A stretch of 64,000 nt of DNA from the human T2T-CHM13v2.0 reference genome, Homo sapiens. Below, piece after piece: positions 1-21,350 of the stretch. The stretch lies in NCBI RefSeq assembly GCF_009914755.1, contig NC_060932.1; one strand, given 5' to 3'. A model generated the notes under the pieces. It was not told where the DNA came from and ran no database searches. It saw only the letters and a program-made list of their open reading frames with translations. The number at the start of each line of letters is the position of its first letter. Positions within the stretch are counted from its first letter, which is position 1. Position numbers and translations under genes: made by a program.

Positions 1-718
1 ACTTCAAAAACCCAGGTGCTGTGGAAAGTCACAAGACTTAGGATAAGGAGAAAAAAAATGTCTGCAATGAAAAAGATTTTCAGGTAACAGCAGAGTAGAG
101 AAACAATTAATGAAGCCTCGGAGCAATCAAGCCAATTGTTTCCCAAGGTCCAACTTCACCCTGCCTTTGGGTTCTATGAAGTCCAACAATCCAGAAGGCT
201 AATGACCACCTCGTCTCCCCGTACGATTTACTGAAAAACGTTGTTGTGAACCAACAAGAAATCCTGAAAGCAGCTAAGTTACATGTGAAAAGTCATTCTA
301 GGTCTCAGTTGTCTAGCTGTTATATTCCTACCTCTAAATAAAACAGAAATATAACGTAAGGAAAATGAGAAAACATCTGTGAAGTGCTTATACTACTAAG
401 AATATAGATATAGGTAATTCATGAAATTACTAAACTCCTGTTTAAAAATAAGCATTCACAAAAGTAATTTATCAAATACATATGAAGTTAGACCAAATGT
501 TTACAAAAACAAAGACTTCTTTTTGAAAAACTTATAAAAATAACTATCTTCCCTACTTCTTTAAAATAGAGAAATTATCCTTAAGATATAAGATTGAATA
601 AAAAGAAAAAAAAACTTAAAATAGAGAAATTGTTCTTCCAATGTAAATCAGAGATAATAGAAAAATATAGAAAATGTACCTCTCAGTACATGGTTAATAG
701 CTTAGTTAAGCAACTCAC

Positions 719-878
719 CTTATGAGATGCAAAACTTGATTCATTTTTTTCTAGTGCTCTTTTTGCATACTCTAGGGCTTCATACACCAATAGCTTTTTC
801 TCCTCTTCTGAGGTTCTGCTAAGCTGAGCTACATCACGTGATGCCCGTGCCAAACGCCACAGTAACTCTGCATCTTCA
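719..878 (-). CDS. RMDN1: RMDN1 coding exon 4 (EDAELLWRLARA...SFASHK), TPR-like helical region
   Basis: ATTAG| acceptor, AAG|GTGAGT donor; 160 nt; contained in ORF 683..904; gene continues beyond the window start. Confidence 0.95.
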
Positions 879-1516
879 CTAATTTGAAATAAAATATAAA
901 ACAACCATTTTAGCTCACATTTAAAAATTGTTAAGGGTTACATTACTAATGAATACATTATGGTCTTTCAGCTTAGGAAGCTAGCAACATGATATCAAAA
1001 GCCATTAGTAATAATGCTAAATTTATTATTTTCTTTAATATAAAACCTTTACTTGCTAAAATTTCCTATAAAAATGTCTAATATCCATAAATATTAACTT
1101 ACCTCTAGTATCTAAAATACTTCTTTCAAAAATATCTTTGCATTCAAATTCTCTGAACATTTGCCCTACAAAACTCAACATATTAACTTGAGGTTTGGCC
1201 TCACTGGCACTGTGTTTCAAATAACTCACTCAGTAGTTCATACAGTATCATAAAATACATAAATTTTATAGACAGGGTCATGTTCTAAAAATACAAAACT
1301 GCTGAATCCCTAGTCTCAAATACAGCACCTGACACAAAATTGTTTTTGACAATTATTTGCTAATGAATGAATGGTTGAATATAATGTAATCTCAAAATAA
1401 ATCCTATGTTTGAATACCATGCCATGATGCATGGGTTACTTCAAGTAAGAGCATTGGATTCTTTGAAGAACTGCCATTTCCATATAATGACATAAGAAAT
1501 GGTTAATAAATTATTA

Positions 1517-1878
<362 letters not shown>

Positions 1879-2786
1879 TTAATCCTAACTTTATTTTTTT
1901 AACATAAAAAAAAATTTGAAGCTAAAGCTTCCTTTAATTAAGATAGTTATCATTCAATGAATATGGAGTAACTACCTTACAGCTTATTTTTCAAGTTATC
2001 AATGAAATGACAATAAAATGCCAAACCAGCCACCTTGAATTACTAAGGGAAGAATGGAGAAGAAAAGATCAATCCTGTAGATATTTAGAAAGTAAAATTG
2101 ATGGGTCCTGGGGAGAAAACTGGTTTTGAAAATCTAAAAAAGGCAGATGAAAATGACTCAATATTTTTAGTTTAGGAGATGAGGTAGATTAGTGATCTAG
2201 AAATGCTATTTAGCCATATGACTTACTTCATAGGGTTGAGTCTTTCTCTCGCTCCACACTCCTCCCAAAAATGAGTACACACTGATATTCTACACTAAAC
2301 ATACAATCTAATAATAAAAATAGAAAAAGGGGGTATTTTTGGTTTCTCTGAAAGACTATCCTTCTAAAGTAATACACAGTTACCACTCAATGGTGGCATG
2401 CAACATCCTACATCTCAGTGAATTCATTTAATCTATACCAATAAAAAGTTACTTTAAAAGAAAAACAATGAGAAATATACAATATAGCTAGAAGGGATAA
2501 ACATATATTCAATAACTATCTTGTATCATCTAAAGCAAAATGGAAAAATCAAAAAAAATTTCAACATTCCACTAAAGTAGTAACACCTTTTCTAAATCAA
2601 TGAGATACATGCAGCATTTAACGTAAGAAACAAATAGTATATTATAAATTAAACTCTAAGAAATATTTTGAAGTAAAAACTACAATAATCAATTTTTAAA
2701 ACCTCAAGCACTAAGGGTCATTTTAATTGTTAAATAACAAAAATTTTGAGGAAACCACAAGCCTAGGCCTATCCTACATTGCTTAC

Positions 2787-2874
2787 CTTTCCTTGTATTG
2801 GGTTAGCAACTGATAAAGTTTTTCTGTTTCTCCGCTTTCATACAGGTAGTCTGCTTGTTCAAGTATTTCTTCAA
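2787..2874 (-). CDS. RMDN1: RMDN1 coding exon 3 (VEEILEQADYLYESGETEKLYQLLTQYKES)
   Basis: TTGAAG| acceptor, AAG|GTAAGC donor; 88 nt; phases fit both neighbours. Confidence 0.95.
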
Positions 2875-3134
2875 CTTCAAAGATTATAAAGGAAAAAAGA
2901 CACAATAAAATAGGTCTTCCCAAGTCAGATGACAATAATTCAAAGAAACTTAAACACTTTTATATATAAGCAAATGAAATTAGATACAGAAATGACCTAC
3001 AATGAAACAGCAGAAATTAGGAAGAACCTAGATGGAAACAAAGTAGAAATAAGCATAATGCTATCATAAAAAATGATTTATTGAAATCATGGGAAATAAA
3101 AAATTAGAAAACTTACTCTGGTAGTGACTAAATA

Positions 3135-3296
3135 TGAAACACTAACAATAAATATAACACTAACGATAGCTGATGAGCTAAAAAAATTCCAAAAACTCTC
3201 ATAATATTTTAAGAAAGTTTACTTATCTGTGTTGGGCCAGATTCAAAGCTGTCCTGGGCTCCATGTGGCCTAGGGGCCGCAGGTTGGACAAGCTTG
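3135..3296 (+). mobile_element. MER30 (hAT-Charlie) fragment
   Basis: ACACTAACGATAGCTGATGAGCT...GGCCGCAGGTTGGACAAGCTTG resembles the MER30 3' half. Confidence 0.78.
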
Positions 3297-3803
3297 CTCT
3301 ACACAGTCTTTGTTGTTGCTGCTGTTAACTACCAACCATTGTAGAAAATAAAAGTCATCTACTTAAACAGCACTGAATGTTAGTAATTTGCATGAACCAA
3401 ACCACACTGTTTTAATAAATTCTCTTTATACAGAGATGTTGTTCAAAGGGTCAGAGCTGTCATCAGAAATTTAGATGAAGCTAACTACACACTAAATCTG
3501 GAACTTACTGACACTATGCTCTGACTGACTCTTAAAACTAATTTATATATGACTACAAAATACATAAACATTATTGACAGTGTAGTGCCCTAAGAAAACT
3601 GTCTACTTAATGAAAAAAACAGTCTGAATTTCGGGAAATTCCAATTATTATTCAGAAACATGTACATTTAATTTTGTCTTCTATAAGGGTACTGTACTAC
3701 TTAGTCCTAAGCCAAGATTCCAATGTGTATACACTTGGTATACTTTAATTAATCACAGTATACTTGAGGTTAAAAGGGTTTCTTGGCTGGGTGCGGTGGC
3801 TCA

Positions 3804-4181
<378 letters not shown>

Positions 4182-4434
4182 TTATACTAGTTAAGAAATT
4201 AAATGACAATGGCAAAAAAAACCCCTAAAATTAAATAAAGATTATTTTTCTCAGTAATCCCACTTCATTCTGATTAGGTGTTATAAAGTTTAATAATATT
4301 CATATGGCTGGTTAATTTTTCAAATTTTGCTTCCACTCTATTCTATATTTTTATCGGATACGTGGCTGAATCACAAAGTTTGTGTTTTAACAACCCAAAG
4401 GATAAGGAGTAGTCTTTATTCTTTAGTTGATATT

Positions 4435-4932
4435 TATGGTAGGTAGAATAATGGCCCCCAAAGATGCCCCAATCTTAATCCCTGGAATCTGAATGTTTGG
4501 TTACATGTCAACGGTGAACTGTAGATAGAATTAAGGCTGCTAATCAGCTAATATTAAAACAGGAAATTATCCTGGATTACCCAGGTAGGCCCAATATAAT
4601 TACAAGAGTCCTGAAAAGTGAAAGAGGAAGGCAAAAGTCAGAGAAGGAGTGTCAATGGAAACAAGATCAGAATGATGATTTGATGGTGGTTCTGAACATG
4701 GAGGAAGACACCTTCAGCCAAAGAATGCAGAAAGCCTACAGACACTGAAAAAAGCAAAGAAAGGGAATATTCCCTAGGGTCTCTGGAATGCAGCTCTCCC
4801 AATGCTGATTTTAGCCAGTCAGACCCATTTTTGGCTTCTGAACGGCAAGATACAGAACTAAAGAACCCTAAGATAATAAATTTGTGTTGTTTAAGTCACT
4901 GAGCTTGTCACAGCAGTGAAAGAAAATTAATA
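4435..4932 (+). mobile_element. MLT1 (MaLR) solo LTR, MLT1D-like
   Basis: TATGGTAGGTAGAATAATGGCCCCCAAAGATG start; ATAATAAATTTGTGTTGTTTAAG near end. Confidence 0.78.
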
Positions 4933-5364
4933 TTAAATATATTGATCTGGCATATTTGAATGTGTACATAGTATGTATAAGTAAAAAAGTTACTTTTAAA
5001 TATATTCATTGATTATTCTCTGACTTACTAAAAAGACTAATTACTGTCCTTAACATGATCCAGGAATTCTAAATCACATTACTCATGCGATTAAAAATGT
5101 AGAAATTGTCAGCCAGGCATGGCAGCTCACGCCTATACTCCCAACACTTTGGGAGGCTGAGGTGGAAGGATCACTTGACCCCAGAAGTTCAAGACCAGCT
5201 TGGGCAAGATGGCAAGACACCATATCTTTAAAAAAAAAAGTAGAAATTTAGTGAATAATCTAAATCTTTTTTGTGTGCATTCTTTTATAATCTCTCAAAT
5301 AACTTAGCTCCAAATTACATAAATACTATAAGCTATAATATAATGGCTTTAAATATATATATAA

Positions 5365-5493
<129 letters not shown>

Positions 5494-6574
5494 TGAGTAG
5501 CTGAGACTACAGGTGCGCACCACCACGCCCAGCTAATTTTTTGTATTTTTAGTAGAGACAGGGTTTCACCATGTTGGCCAGGATGGCTTTGATGTCTTGA
5601 CCTCGTGGTCTGCACTGCAAAAAATCAGTGTATGATTTTTTCTAAAATCAAACACTGTACAATTTATAAGAAAAAAGTACACTTCCTATGGTACTACAGA
5701 CTGACATAGGCACTCGGGTGAGAGCTTGTAGACAACTCCACATATCCGCAAATCAGTTGTTTTCTAACCTAACATTTTATACTATCTTGAAAATATTTAC
5801 AACTAAGTTACATTACTAACATAGAGACCATATTCTATAAAACAGACTAAACTTTTAATGTAAATTATTTTCAACTTAATAAGCAAATATTCTAAGATGA
5901 AATGACATGTTAATTCACCTAAAACTGTATAGTGAAATCTTAAATGTAACCTAAAATAGATATGTGCAAGATCATAATAATTAGAATTTTTTAAAGAAAT
6001 GCCAATGATGTGACCTCCTACATATATGTTAGTAAACTTTGATTTTTTACTTTTCTAGCTGACTGTACTCTAGCCATGTGAGCAGTGTCAAGACAAGAAT
6101 ACTCCTCTGGCAAGATAAATAGCTATATTCCTGAGATTTCTCTATATAAGACTTAAGAAGTAGAAAATCTGAATATCTAGATTCAAGCCCCTAAGTAGCA
6201 GTAACATCATCAAAGTTTAAGGCAATTCTTTCATACCAATAATACTGTGTCTCAGCAGTACCAGCAACAGTGCAACCAAAAATGCACTGAAGTACAACAA
6301 ATAACTACATACAAAGGAACACTGATCTCAGTTCTGTAGGTTCATCAATAAAGAGGAATTTTGAAAATATATATGAAAACACAAGTGAAGTGATGAACCT
6401 TTAATGACTGTGACAAAAACAGAAAAGAAATTTTAAAAAACACACAAAAACAAACTAAAAAATAAAAAAGAACCTTTAAGTTGGGCACTTGTGATTATCT
6501 TTTAAGCATTTTACACATGAGCTTTCATATGCACAAAGAGTACTATGAATGTATTAGCATACCTTGGGGCTTTA

Positions 6575-7021
<447 letters not shown>

Positions 7022-7489
7022 TTAAAAGTCATCCTATAATCCCATCCAACTAAAATGTCAATGATATTTATGCCCTTAAACTTCAACTCATTTCCAAAAA
7101 ACTCCCACTTCAGAATATAACTTAGTTCCAGAAAATGGAGGAAGAAAGAGCTTTTAAATTGGCTTTGAATAAGCATAAAGCAGATCAAAAGAGAATTAAG
7201 CAGAAATTTTGAAGCATGGAATTATTTGAAGATCAATTCCTTAAAAAAAAAAAACAGCAAATGGAAGAGATATAGGACAAAGAAAAACTTCTAAGGGCCA
7301 GCGAAGTTATATTTTTATAGAAACATATGGATCATTTTCCAGGATAAAAAAAAGTGTTTCTGTATTTTTCAATTAATCTTTTTTCAAGGGCTATGGTCTG
7401 TAGTCTCACAAGTTATATAAACATGCCGAGCAACTAATTATAAAGTGATTTTTTTGTTGTTTTAAGAAAATAAAGCTATTGCATTATGG

Positions 7490-8435
7490 AATACAACAGG
7501 GAGGTTCCTCAAAAACTAAAAATGGAACTACTATATGATCCAGCAATCCCACTTTTGGATGTATATCCAAAGGAACTGAAATCAGTATGTCAAAGAGATA
7601 TTTGTACTGCCACATTCACTAAGGCATTAGTCACAATAGCCACGCCTTAGGAAACAACCTAAGTGCCCGTTAATAGATGAATGGATTAAACAAAAAAAGT
7701 AGCACACATACACAAATGGAGTATTATTTAGCTTTAAAAGAGAAGAAAATTCTGTCATTGTGTCATTTGTAAGAATGTGGATGAACATTATATGAAGTGG
7801 AGGACATGATGTTAAGTGAAATAAGCCAGGTACAGAAAGACAAATATAGGTTGAACATCTCTAATCTGAAAATCCAGAATTTGAAATGTTTCAAAATCCA
7901 AAACTTTGTGAGAGCCAACATGATGCCACAAGTAGAAAATTCCACACCTGACACTTTTATTTTTGATTGTTCAGTGCACACAAACTTTGTTTCATGCACA
8001 AAGTTATTTAAAATCTTGTATAAAATTACCTTCAGGTTATGTGCATAAGATATAAATGCAACATAAATAAACTCTATGTTTAGACTTGGGTCCCATTCCT
8101 AAGACATCTCATTAGGTATATGCAAATATTCCAAAATCCAAAACAATCCAAAATCGGAAACACTTCTAGTCCCAAGCAGTTTGGATAAGGGATACCTACA
8201 CTCTATGATCTCACTTATATGTGGAATCTAAAAAAGTCAAACTCACATAGGTAGAGAGTAGAATGGCGGTTACCAGAGGCTGGGGTTGAGTGGCAGGAGG
8301 GAATGGGGTGATGTTGGTCAAATGGTACCAAGTTTCAGTTAGACAGGAGGAATAAGGTTTAGAGATCTGCTGTACAGCATGATAACCATAGTTAATAATA
8401 ATGTATTACGTATTTAGAAATTGCTAATGGAATAG
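7490..8435 (+). mobile_element. L1M (L1MA/MB-type) 3' fragment, split by a Tigger4 element
   Basis: TATGATCCAGCAATCCCACT, AAGTGAAATAAGCCAGG, ATCTCACTTATATGTGGAATCTAAAAAAGTC. Confidence 0.8.
7847..8203. mobile_element. Tigger4/Zombi-type non-autonomous DNA transposon
   Basis: (C)AGGTTGAACATCTCTAATCTGAAAATCC start and GGATAAGGGATAC end; TA on both flanks. Confidence 0.75.
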
Positions 8436-8592
8436 ACTACAGAACTCCACAGCTTAGCTCACTTAAGAGGTAGAAAAGAGAATGCTGGAAAGTGGCATAA
8501 AAACTTGTTGAGGCCGGGTGCAGTGGCTCATGCCTGTAATCCCAGCATTTTGGGAGGCCGGGGTGGGCAGATCACTTGAGGCAAGGAATTCA

Positions 8593-8856
<264 letters not shown>

Positions 8857-8964
8857 CTACTGCGGCTATGAAGGCCTCATCCAACTTGTGCAGGCCTCAT
8901 AGAGGCCTAGGACCTTAAAATGTTATTTTTAACTTAACAAATATCAGCTGGCTGTGGTGGCTCA

Positions 8965-15470
<6,506 letters not shown>

Positions 15471-16987
15471 TGGACTATGATAAAGCCAAAAGTAATTCTG
15501 GTTTTCCCTTTCAAAGTACTGAATTTTGTTACTTCAGAAAGCACTACATCTTTACAATCATTTCTATAATGCTACCAAAATACACTGAAACTAAATGTGA
15601 TAGATTCAAAGAAGAAATAGAGATAAGGAGCTGGGTGTCGTGGCTAATGCCTGTAATCTCAGCACTTTGGGAGGCTGAGGCAGGTGGATTGCTTGAGCCT
15701 AGGAGTTCAAGACCAGCCCAGACAACATGGTGAAACCTCGTCTCTACAAAAAATACAAAAATTAGGCAGGCATGGTGGTGTGCATCTGTAGTCTCAGCTA
15801 CTTGTGAGGCTGAGGTGGGAGAATCACCCGGGCCCGGGGAGGTAGAGGCTACAGCGAGTTGTGATCATGCCACTGTGGCCTAAGCATCAGAGTGAGACCC
15901 TGTCTCAAAAAAAAAATAAGTTCTAATCTCCACTCTAACATTTTGACTTTCAAGTTTAACTCTGTGAACTTCTTTTCAAAAATTATTATAATGTGATAAG
16001 ATAATAAGACTTGTCCTAACTATTTTATAAGGCTGCTGTGAGAATTAAAGTCTAGGTTGCTTTAAAAAGATGAATTATTTTAAGTATTTGCCAAAATAAA
16101 TCATTCAGCCAGTAACAAAACCAAGTTCTCTGCTTTGTCCTTCTTCATAAATACATTTAAAAAAAAAAAAAAAGAACAGTGCAGGGCTTCTCAATTATCT
16201 GCTTTTTTAACGGAAAGATAATCACAGATAAATGAAATCAATAGATAACTAGCAATCTTTAGATCATGTTCTCAAATTCTTCTATCAGAAGTTGAATAAG
16301 ACCATCTATTCAAAATCAAATCTCTGCTTCTTTCCCCAATCACCCTCTCCTTTATAATTAAAAAGTGAGGATTGTAAAAAACAAAAAAGCTTCACTCATT
16401 AATTTCTTCATATGATATTGCTCTAATATACAGAAATTTTGGCTCACAATTGGTTTAACTAATTTTTTTTTAACTGGCAAGTCTTTTTTTTTGAGACAAG
16501 GTCTTGCTCCGTTGCCTAGGCTGGAGTGCAGTGGTGAGATCATGGCTTACTGCAACCTTGACCTCCTGGACTCAAGTGATCCTCCTGCCTCAGCCTCCTG
16601 TGTAGCTGGGACAAGCACGCATCACACACCCAGCTAATCATTTGAATTTTTGTAGAGATGGGGGTCTCACTTTGTTTAAGACCACTTTGCCCATGCTGGT
16701 CTTAAACTCCTGGGCTCAAGTGATCCTCCCACCTCAGCCTCCCAAAGTGCTGGGATTACAGGCATGAGCCGCCATGCCCAGCCAAGTTTTAATATACGTT
16801 TACTTATCTATATTACGCCAATAAGAAATTTGATGGATTTTTCTTTTTTTCGCTTTCAACTTGTTACTTACCAAGCAGCATTCTGTTTGTAAATAAAATC
16901 TATCTATCTCAAAGTACTAGAGCCTTTTGTTAACCAAATCAAGAAGAATATAACACCCCGGGATTGGTTTCATTTTGTCACTATAAA

Positions 16988-17160
16988 GCAGGGATTAGCA
17001 AACTTTTTCTGTAAAGATCCAGAGAATAAAATATTTCAGGCTTTGTGAGCCATACATGGTCTCTGTAGCATGTTCTTTTTCTTCCCCCCAACTCTTCAAA
17101 CTCAACCCTTTAAAAATGTAAAAGAATATTCTTCTTAGGTTAAGGGCTCTACAAAAATAT
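16988..17160. mobile_element. MER58-like hAT element fragment
   Basis: CAGGGATTAGCAAACTTTTTCTGTAAAG...AGGCTTTGTGAGCCATA. Confidence 0.65.
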
Positions 17161-17651
17161 AAACCGTTAATAAAGCATCACTGAGGCAGCTCTAATTTCT
17201 AGGAAAAAATATATATACATGATATTAGACAGACACATAGAGAAAGGCAGAAAATAATCTAGACCACAGCAATGTTAGCTCCATTACCTATATAAAAATA
17301 ACTAAGTTAGGCCAGGTGCGGTGGCTCACGCCTGTAATCCCAGCACTTTGGGAGGCCGAGGCGGCCAGATCATGAGGTCAGGAGTTTGAGACCAGCCTGA
17401 CCAACATGGTGAAACCCCGTCTCTACTAAAAATACAAAAATTAGCTAGGTATGGTGATACGTGCCTATAATCCCAGCTACTCAGGAGGCTGAGGCAGGAG
17501 AATGGCTAGAACCTGGAAGGCAGAGGTTGCAGGGAGCCGAGATCGCACCACTGCACTCCAGCCTGAGCAATAGAGCAAGACTCCGTCTCAAAACAAAACA
17601 AAACAAAACAAAAAAAAAAAAAAAAAACAAAAAAAAATAACAAAAATAACT

Positions 17652-20600
17652 TGAGAGATGCTGTAATGGTGAGAGTTTAGAGCATTCCTGAGGACCTGGA
17701 GAAAACTCGTTTCTGAGAAGGACATTTTGAAGGTTTTGTTGCCTGAAAAAGTTATCTCTGGAATCACACTCCTAGATCTTTATTGAAGACTTGAAAAGAA
17801 TTAGATTAGGACCATGCGGACACAGAAGGTCACCCCAGCTCTGATCGTTGCCATTACAGTTGCTACAATTGGCTCTTTCCAAGTTGGCTACAACACGGGA
17901 GTCATCAGTGCTCCTGAGATGATCATAAAGGAATTTATCAATAACACTTTGAGTGACCAGGCAAATATCCCTCCCTCTGAGATGTTGCTCACGTCCCTCT
18001 GGTCCTTGTCTGTGGCCATATTCTCCATTGTTGGTATGACTGGCTCCTTTTCCGTTAGACTCTTTATCAACCACTTTTTGACAGGTGCAATTCAATGCTT
18101 ATCGTCAACCTGTTGGCTGTCTCTGGTGGCTGCCTTATGGGATTGTGTAAAGCAGCTGAGTTGGTTGAAATGCTGACCCTGGGCTGCTTGGTTATTGGCC
18201 TCTTCTGTGGACTGTGCACAGGTTTTATGCCCATGTACATTGGAGAGATCTCAGCTACTGCCCTGCAGGGTACCTTTGGCACTCTCAACCAGCTGGGCAT
18301 CATTGTCAGAATTCTGGTGGCCCAGATCTTTGGTCTGGAATTCAAATTCATCCTTGGGTCTGAAGAGCTATGGCCGGTATTATTGGGCTTTACCATCCTT
18401 CCTGCTATCCTACAAAGTGCAGCCCTTCCATTTTGCCCTGAAAGTCCCAGGTTTTTGCTCATTAACAGAAAAGAAGAGGAGAATGCTAAGTAGATCCTCC
18501 AGCAGTTGTGGGGCACCCAGGATGTATCCCAAGACAACCAGGAGATGCAAGATGAGAGTGCAAGGATGTCACAAGAAAAGCAAGTCACCGTGCTGGAGTT
18601 CTTTAGAGTATCCAGCTACCAACAGCCAATCATCATTTCCATTGTGCTCCAGCTCTCTCGACAGCTCTCTGGAATCAATGTTGTGTTCTATTACTCAACA
18701 GGAATCTTCAAGGATGCAGGTGTTCAAGAGCCCATCTATGCCACCATTGGTGCACGTGTGTTTAATACTATCTTCACTGTAGTTTCCCTATTTCTGCTGC
18801 AAAGGGCAGGAAGGCGGACCCTGCATATGATAGGCCTTGGAGGGATGGCTTTTTGTTCCATGCTCATGACTGTTTGTTATTAAAGGATGAGTATAATGGG
18901 ATGAGCTTTGTCTTTATCGGGGCTATCTTGGTCTTTGTGGCCTTTGAAATTGGACCAGGTCCCATTTCCTGGTTTATTGTGGCCGAACTCTTCAGCCAGG
19001 GCCCCCGCCCAGCTGCGACTGCAATGGCCGGCTGCTCCAACTATACCTCCAACTTCTTAGTCGGACTGCTCTTCCCCTCTGCTGCTTATTATTTAGGAGC
19101 CTGTATTTTTATTATCTTCGCCAGCTTCCTCATCACCTTCTTGACCTTTACCTTCTTCAAAGTCCCTGAGACCCATGGCAGGGCTTTTGAGGATATCACA
19201 TGGGCCTTTAAAAGGCAGGCACATGGTGCAGATAGATCTGGGAAGGATGGCATCATGGAGATGAACAGCATCCAGGCTGCTAAGGAGACCACCACCAATG
19301 TCTAAGTCATGCCTCCTTCCACCTCCCTCCCAGCATGGGAAAGCCACCTCTCCCTGAATGAGAGACCTCATCAGGATGAACCCAGGACTGCTTCTGAATG
19401 CTGCTACTTGATTCCTTTCTTATCCCACGCACTCCATGCGCACCTCAAGGCTGGGGTTTGTTGGATTTTCAATGGTTTTTTAAATATTTTATTTCCTGGA
19501 CATTCTCTTCTGCTTAGGAGAGACCAAGTGAACCTACCTTCATTTCAGGAGGCAATGGCCACTTGGCATATGACAACTTTGCCAGTTTTTCCTTCCTTGG
19601 GTTCTAATATTGCCGCACTAGGGGATATAGGAGAGGAAAAGTAAGGCGCAGTTCCCCCAACCTCAGACTTATCAGGAAGAAGATATACATATGAGTGTGG
19701 AAGGCAGACGGGGTTTATGTAAGAGCACCTTCCTCACTTCCATATAGCTCTACAAGGCAAATTAACTTGAGTTTTATTTATTTTACCCTCTGGTTTAATT
19801 ACATAATTTTTTAAGTTCTGGGATACAGGTGCAGAATGCGCAGGTTTGTTACATAGGTATACATGTCCCATGATGGAAATGTTTATTTTTTTAAGTGTAA
19901 TTTTGCCAAATAATAAAAACAGAAGGAAATTGAGATTGGAGGGAGGTGTTTAAAGAGAGGTTATACAGTAGAAGATTTCATGCTGGGGAGGTTAGCGTGC
20001 AATATGAAGAATTTAGGGAGAAATGTAGTTCATTATTGGAGGGTATATTATGTGGTGCCTGAAGTCTGCACATTACCTCTTGACAATTTCTGTCCTTCAG
20101 ATGGAAACTCTTAATTTCCCATAAAAGTCATATGCCTACATAATAAAGTTATTGATTTCCTTTGGAACTTTTTTCTTTTAATAGTTTACATGTAGTAGTA
20201 CTTGAAATCTAGGATTATTAACTAATATGGGCATTGTAGTTAATGGTGGTTGATGGGTTCTAATTTTGAATGGAGTCAAGGGAAGGGAAAGTTATTTCTA
20301 GAAAGCTTGTTCCCCCTCACTGGACCAAACAACTCCTCCTTGTAGGAGACTCATTACTTTTGAAGTAATCCCACCACCTATCTGGTGGGAGAGCCATCCA
20401 AATGAGAAACTTAAAATAATCAGTTCTTGGTAGAGATTCATTATTTCTCCATTTTGTGCTTTAGGAGATTTTAGGTGTTGATTTTGTTTTATTTTAACTC
20501 ATATCTTTAAAGGAATTCCCCAAAGAATGTTTATAGCTAACTTGGAATTTATAACCTCAGCTCTGGGATTTTTTTCTGAACGATTATTATCTAAAGGTGT

Positions 20601-21198
20601 GTTGTTGCCTTTAGGGTCATGCCATGCTTGTCTATGTCTGTTACCATGTCACTGTGGTCCTATGCCAAGTGCCCTTAGGGGGTCTCAATCTTTCCAACAG
20701 ACCATGTTCGAGATAGTATGAGTCAATGTACAGTGTAGCCCACACTTGAGAGGATGAATATGTGTGCACTGTCCCTTTGCTCTGGATGGAAATAGGTTAT
20801 TGTTGACTTATTTTTTCTGTGTTCCTACAGCCCCTTTTTCATATGTTGCTCAATTTCCCTTCCCCTTCTTGGTGCTTACACATCTCAGACCCTTTAGCCA
20901 AACCCTTGCTGATAACGGTATCTTGGTTCTCAGTTCTCACTGTTTCCTCTGGTCACGGAGACTTCAAATAAAAATGCACATAGCTATGGAGTGGGGTTTA
21001 GCTGGAAAAGGTGACCTTCTTCCAACTTCACGTCAACTTCTGGCTCCTCAAACAGTAGGTTGGCAGTTAGGCAGGGAAGTTGTTTTCCCATTTCTCACTG
21101 AGCAGATTGTGAATATTTCCATATGGATTTTCTATTATTAACATTACCCTGATTCTTTGTTTTAAAATAAAAATTCTGAATGTACGCACACAAAAAAA
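17652..21198 (+). pseudogene. SLC2A3P4: Processed SLC2A3 (GLUT3) pseudogene with 5'UTR, disrupted CDS 17814-19305 and ~1.9 kb 3'UTR; probably SLC2A3P4
   Basis: Intronless GLUT3-like translation from [10 protein letters not shown] to AKETTTNV split over four ORFs; frameshifts near 18075 and 18875; in-frame TAG at 18491-18493; AATAAA at 21166-21171 then a short A tract. The P4 number is from memory of the locus. Confidence 0.93.
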
Positions 21199-21232
21199 CT
21201 CTAAATGTTCCATATATCTAATTTATGCTTAC

Positions 21233-21350
21233 CTTTGGCTGTGGCATGAACCACAGCAGCCTGAGAGATAACCTGGTAAGTTTCAAAACCCAAATACGAC
21301 AAAGCTGAGAGTAAAAGGCCTCTTTTGAAAGTTCCTGGGTTTCCCATTAC
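21233..21350 (-). CDS. RMDN1: RMDN1 coding exon 2 (VMGNPGTFKR...HATAK)
   Basis: TTTCCATAG| acceptor, AAG|GTAAGC donor; 118 nt; frame continues from exon 1 into exon 3. Confidence 0.95.

Noticed and set aside
17814-19305. GLUT3-like ORFs as a functional transporter or SLC2A14
   Set aside because: No introns, two frameshifts and an internal stop
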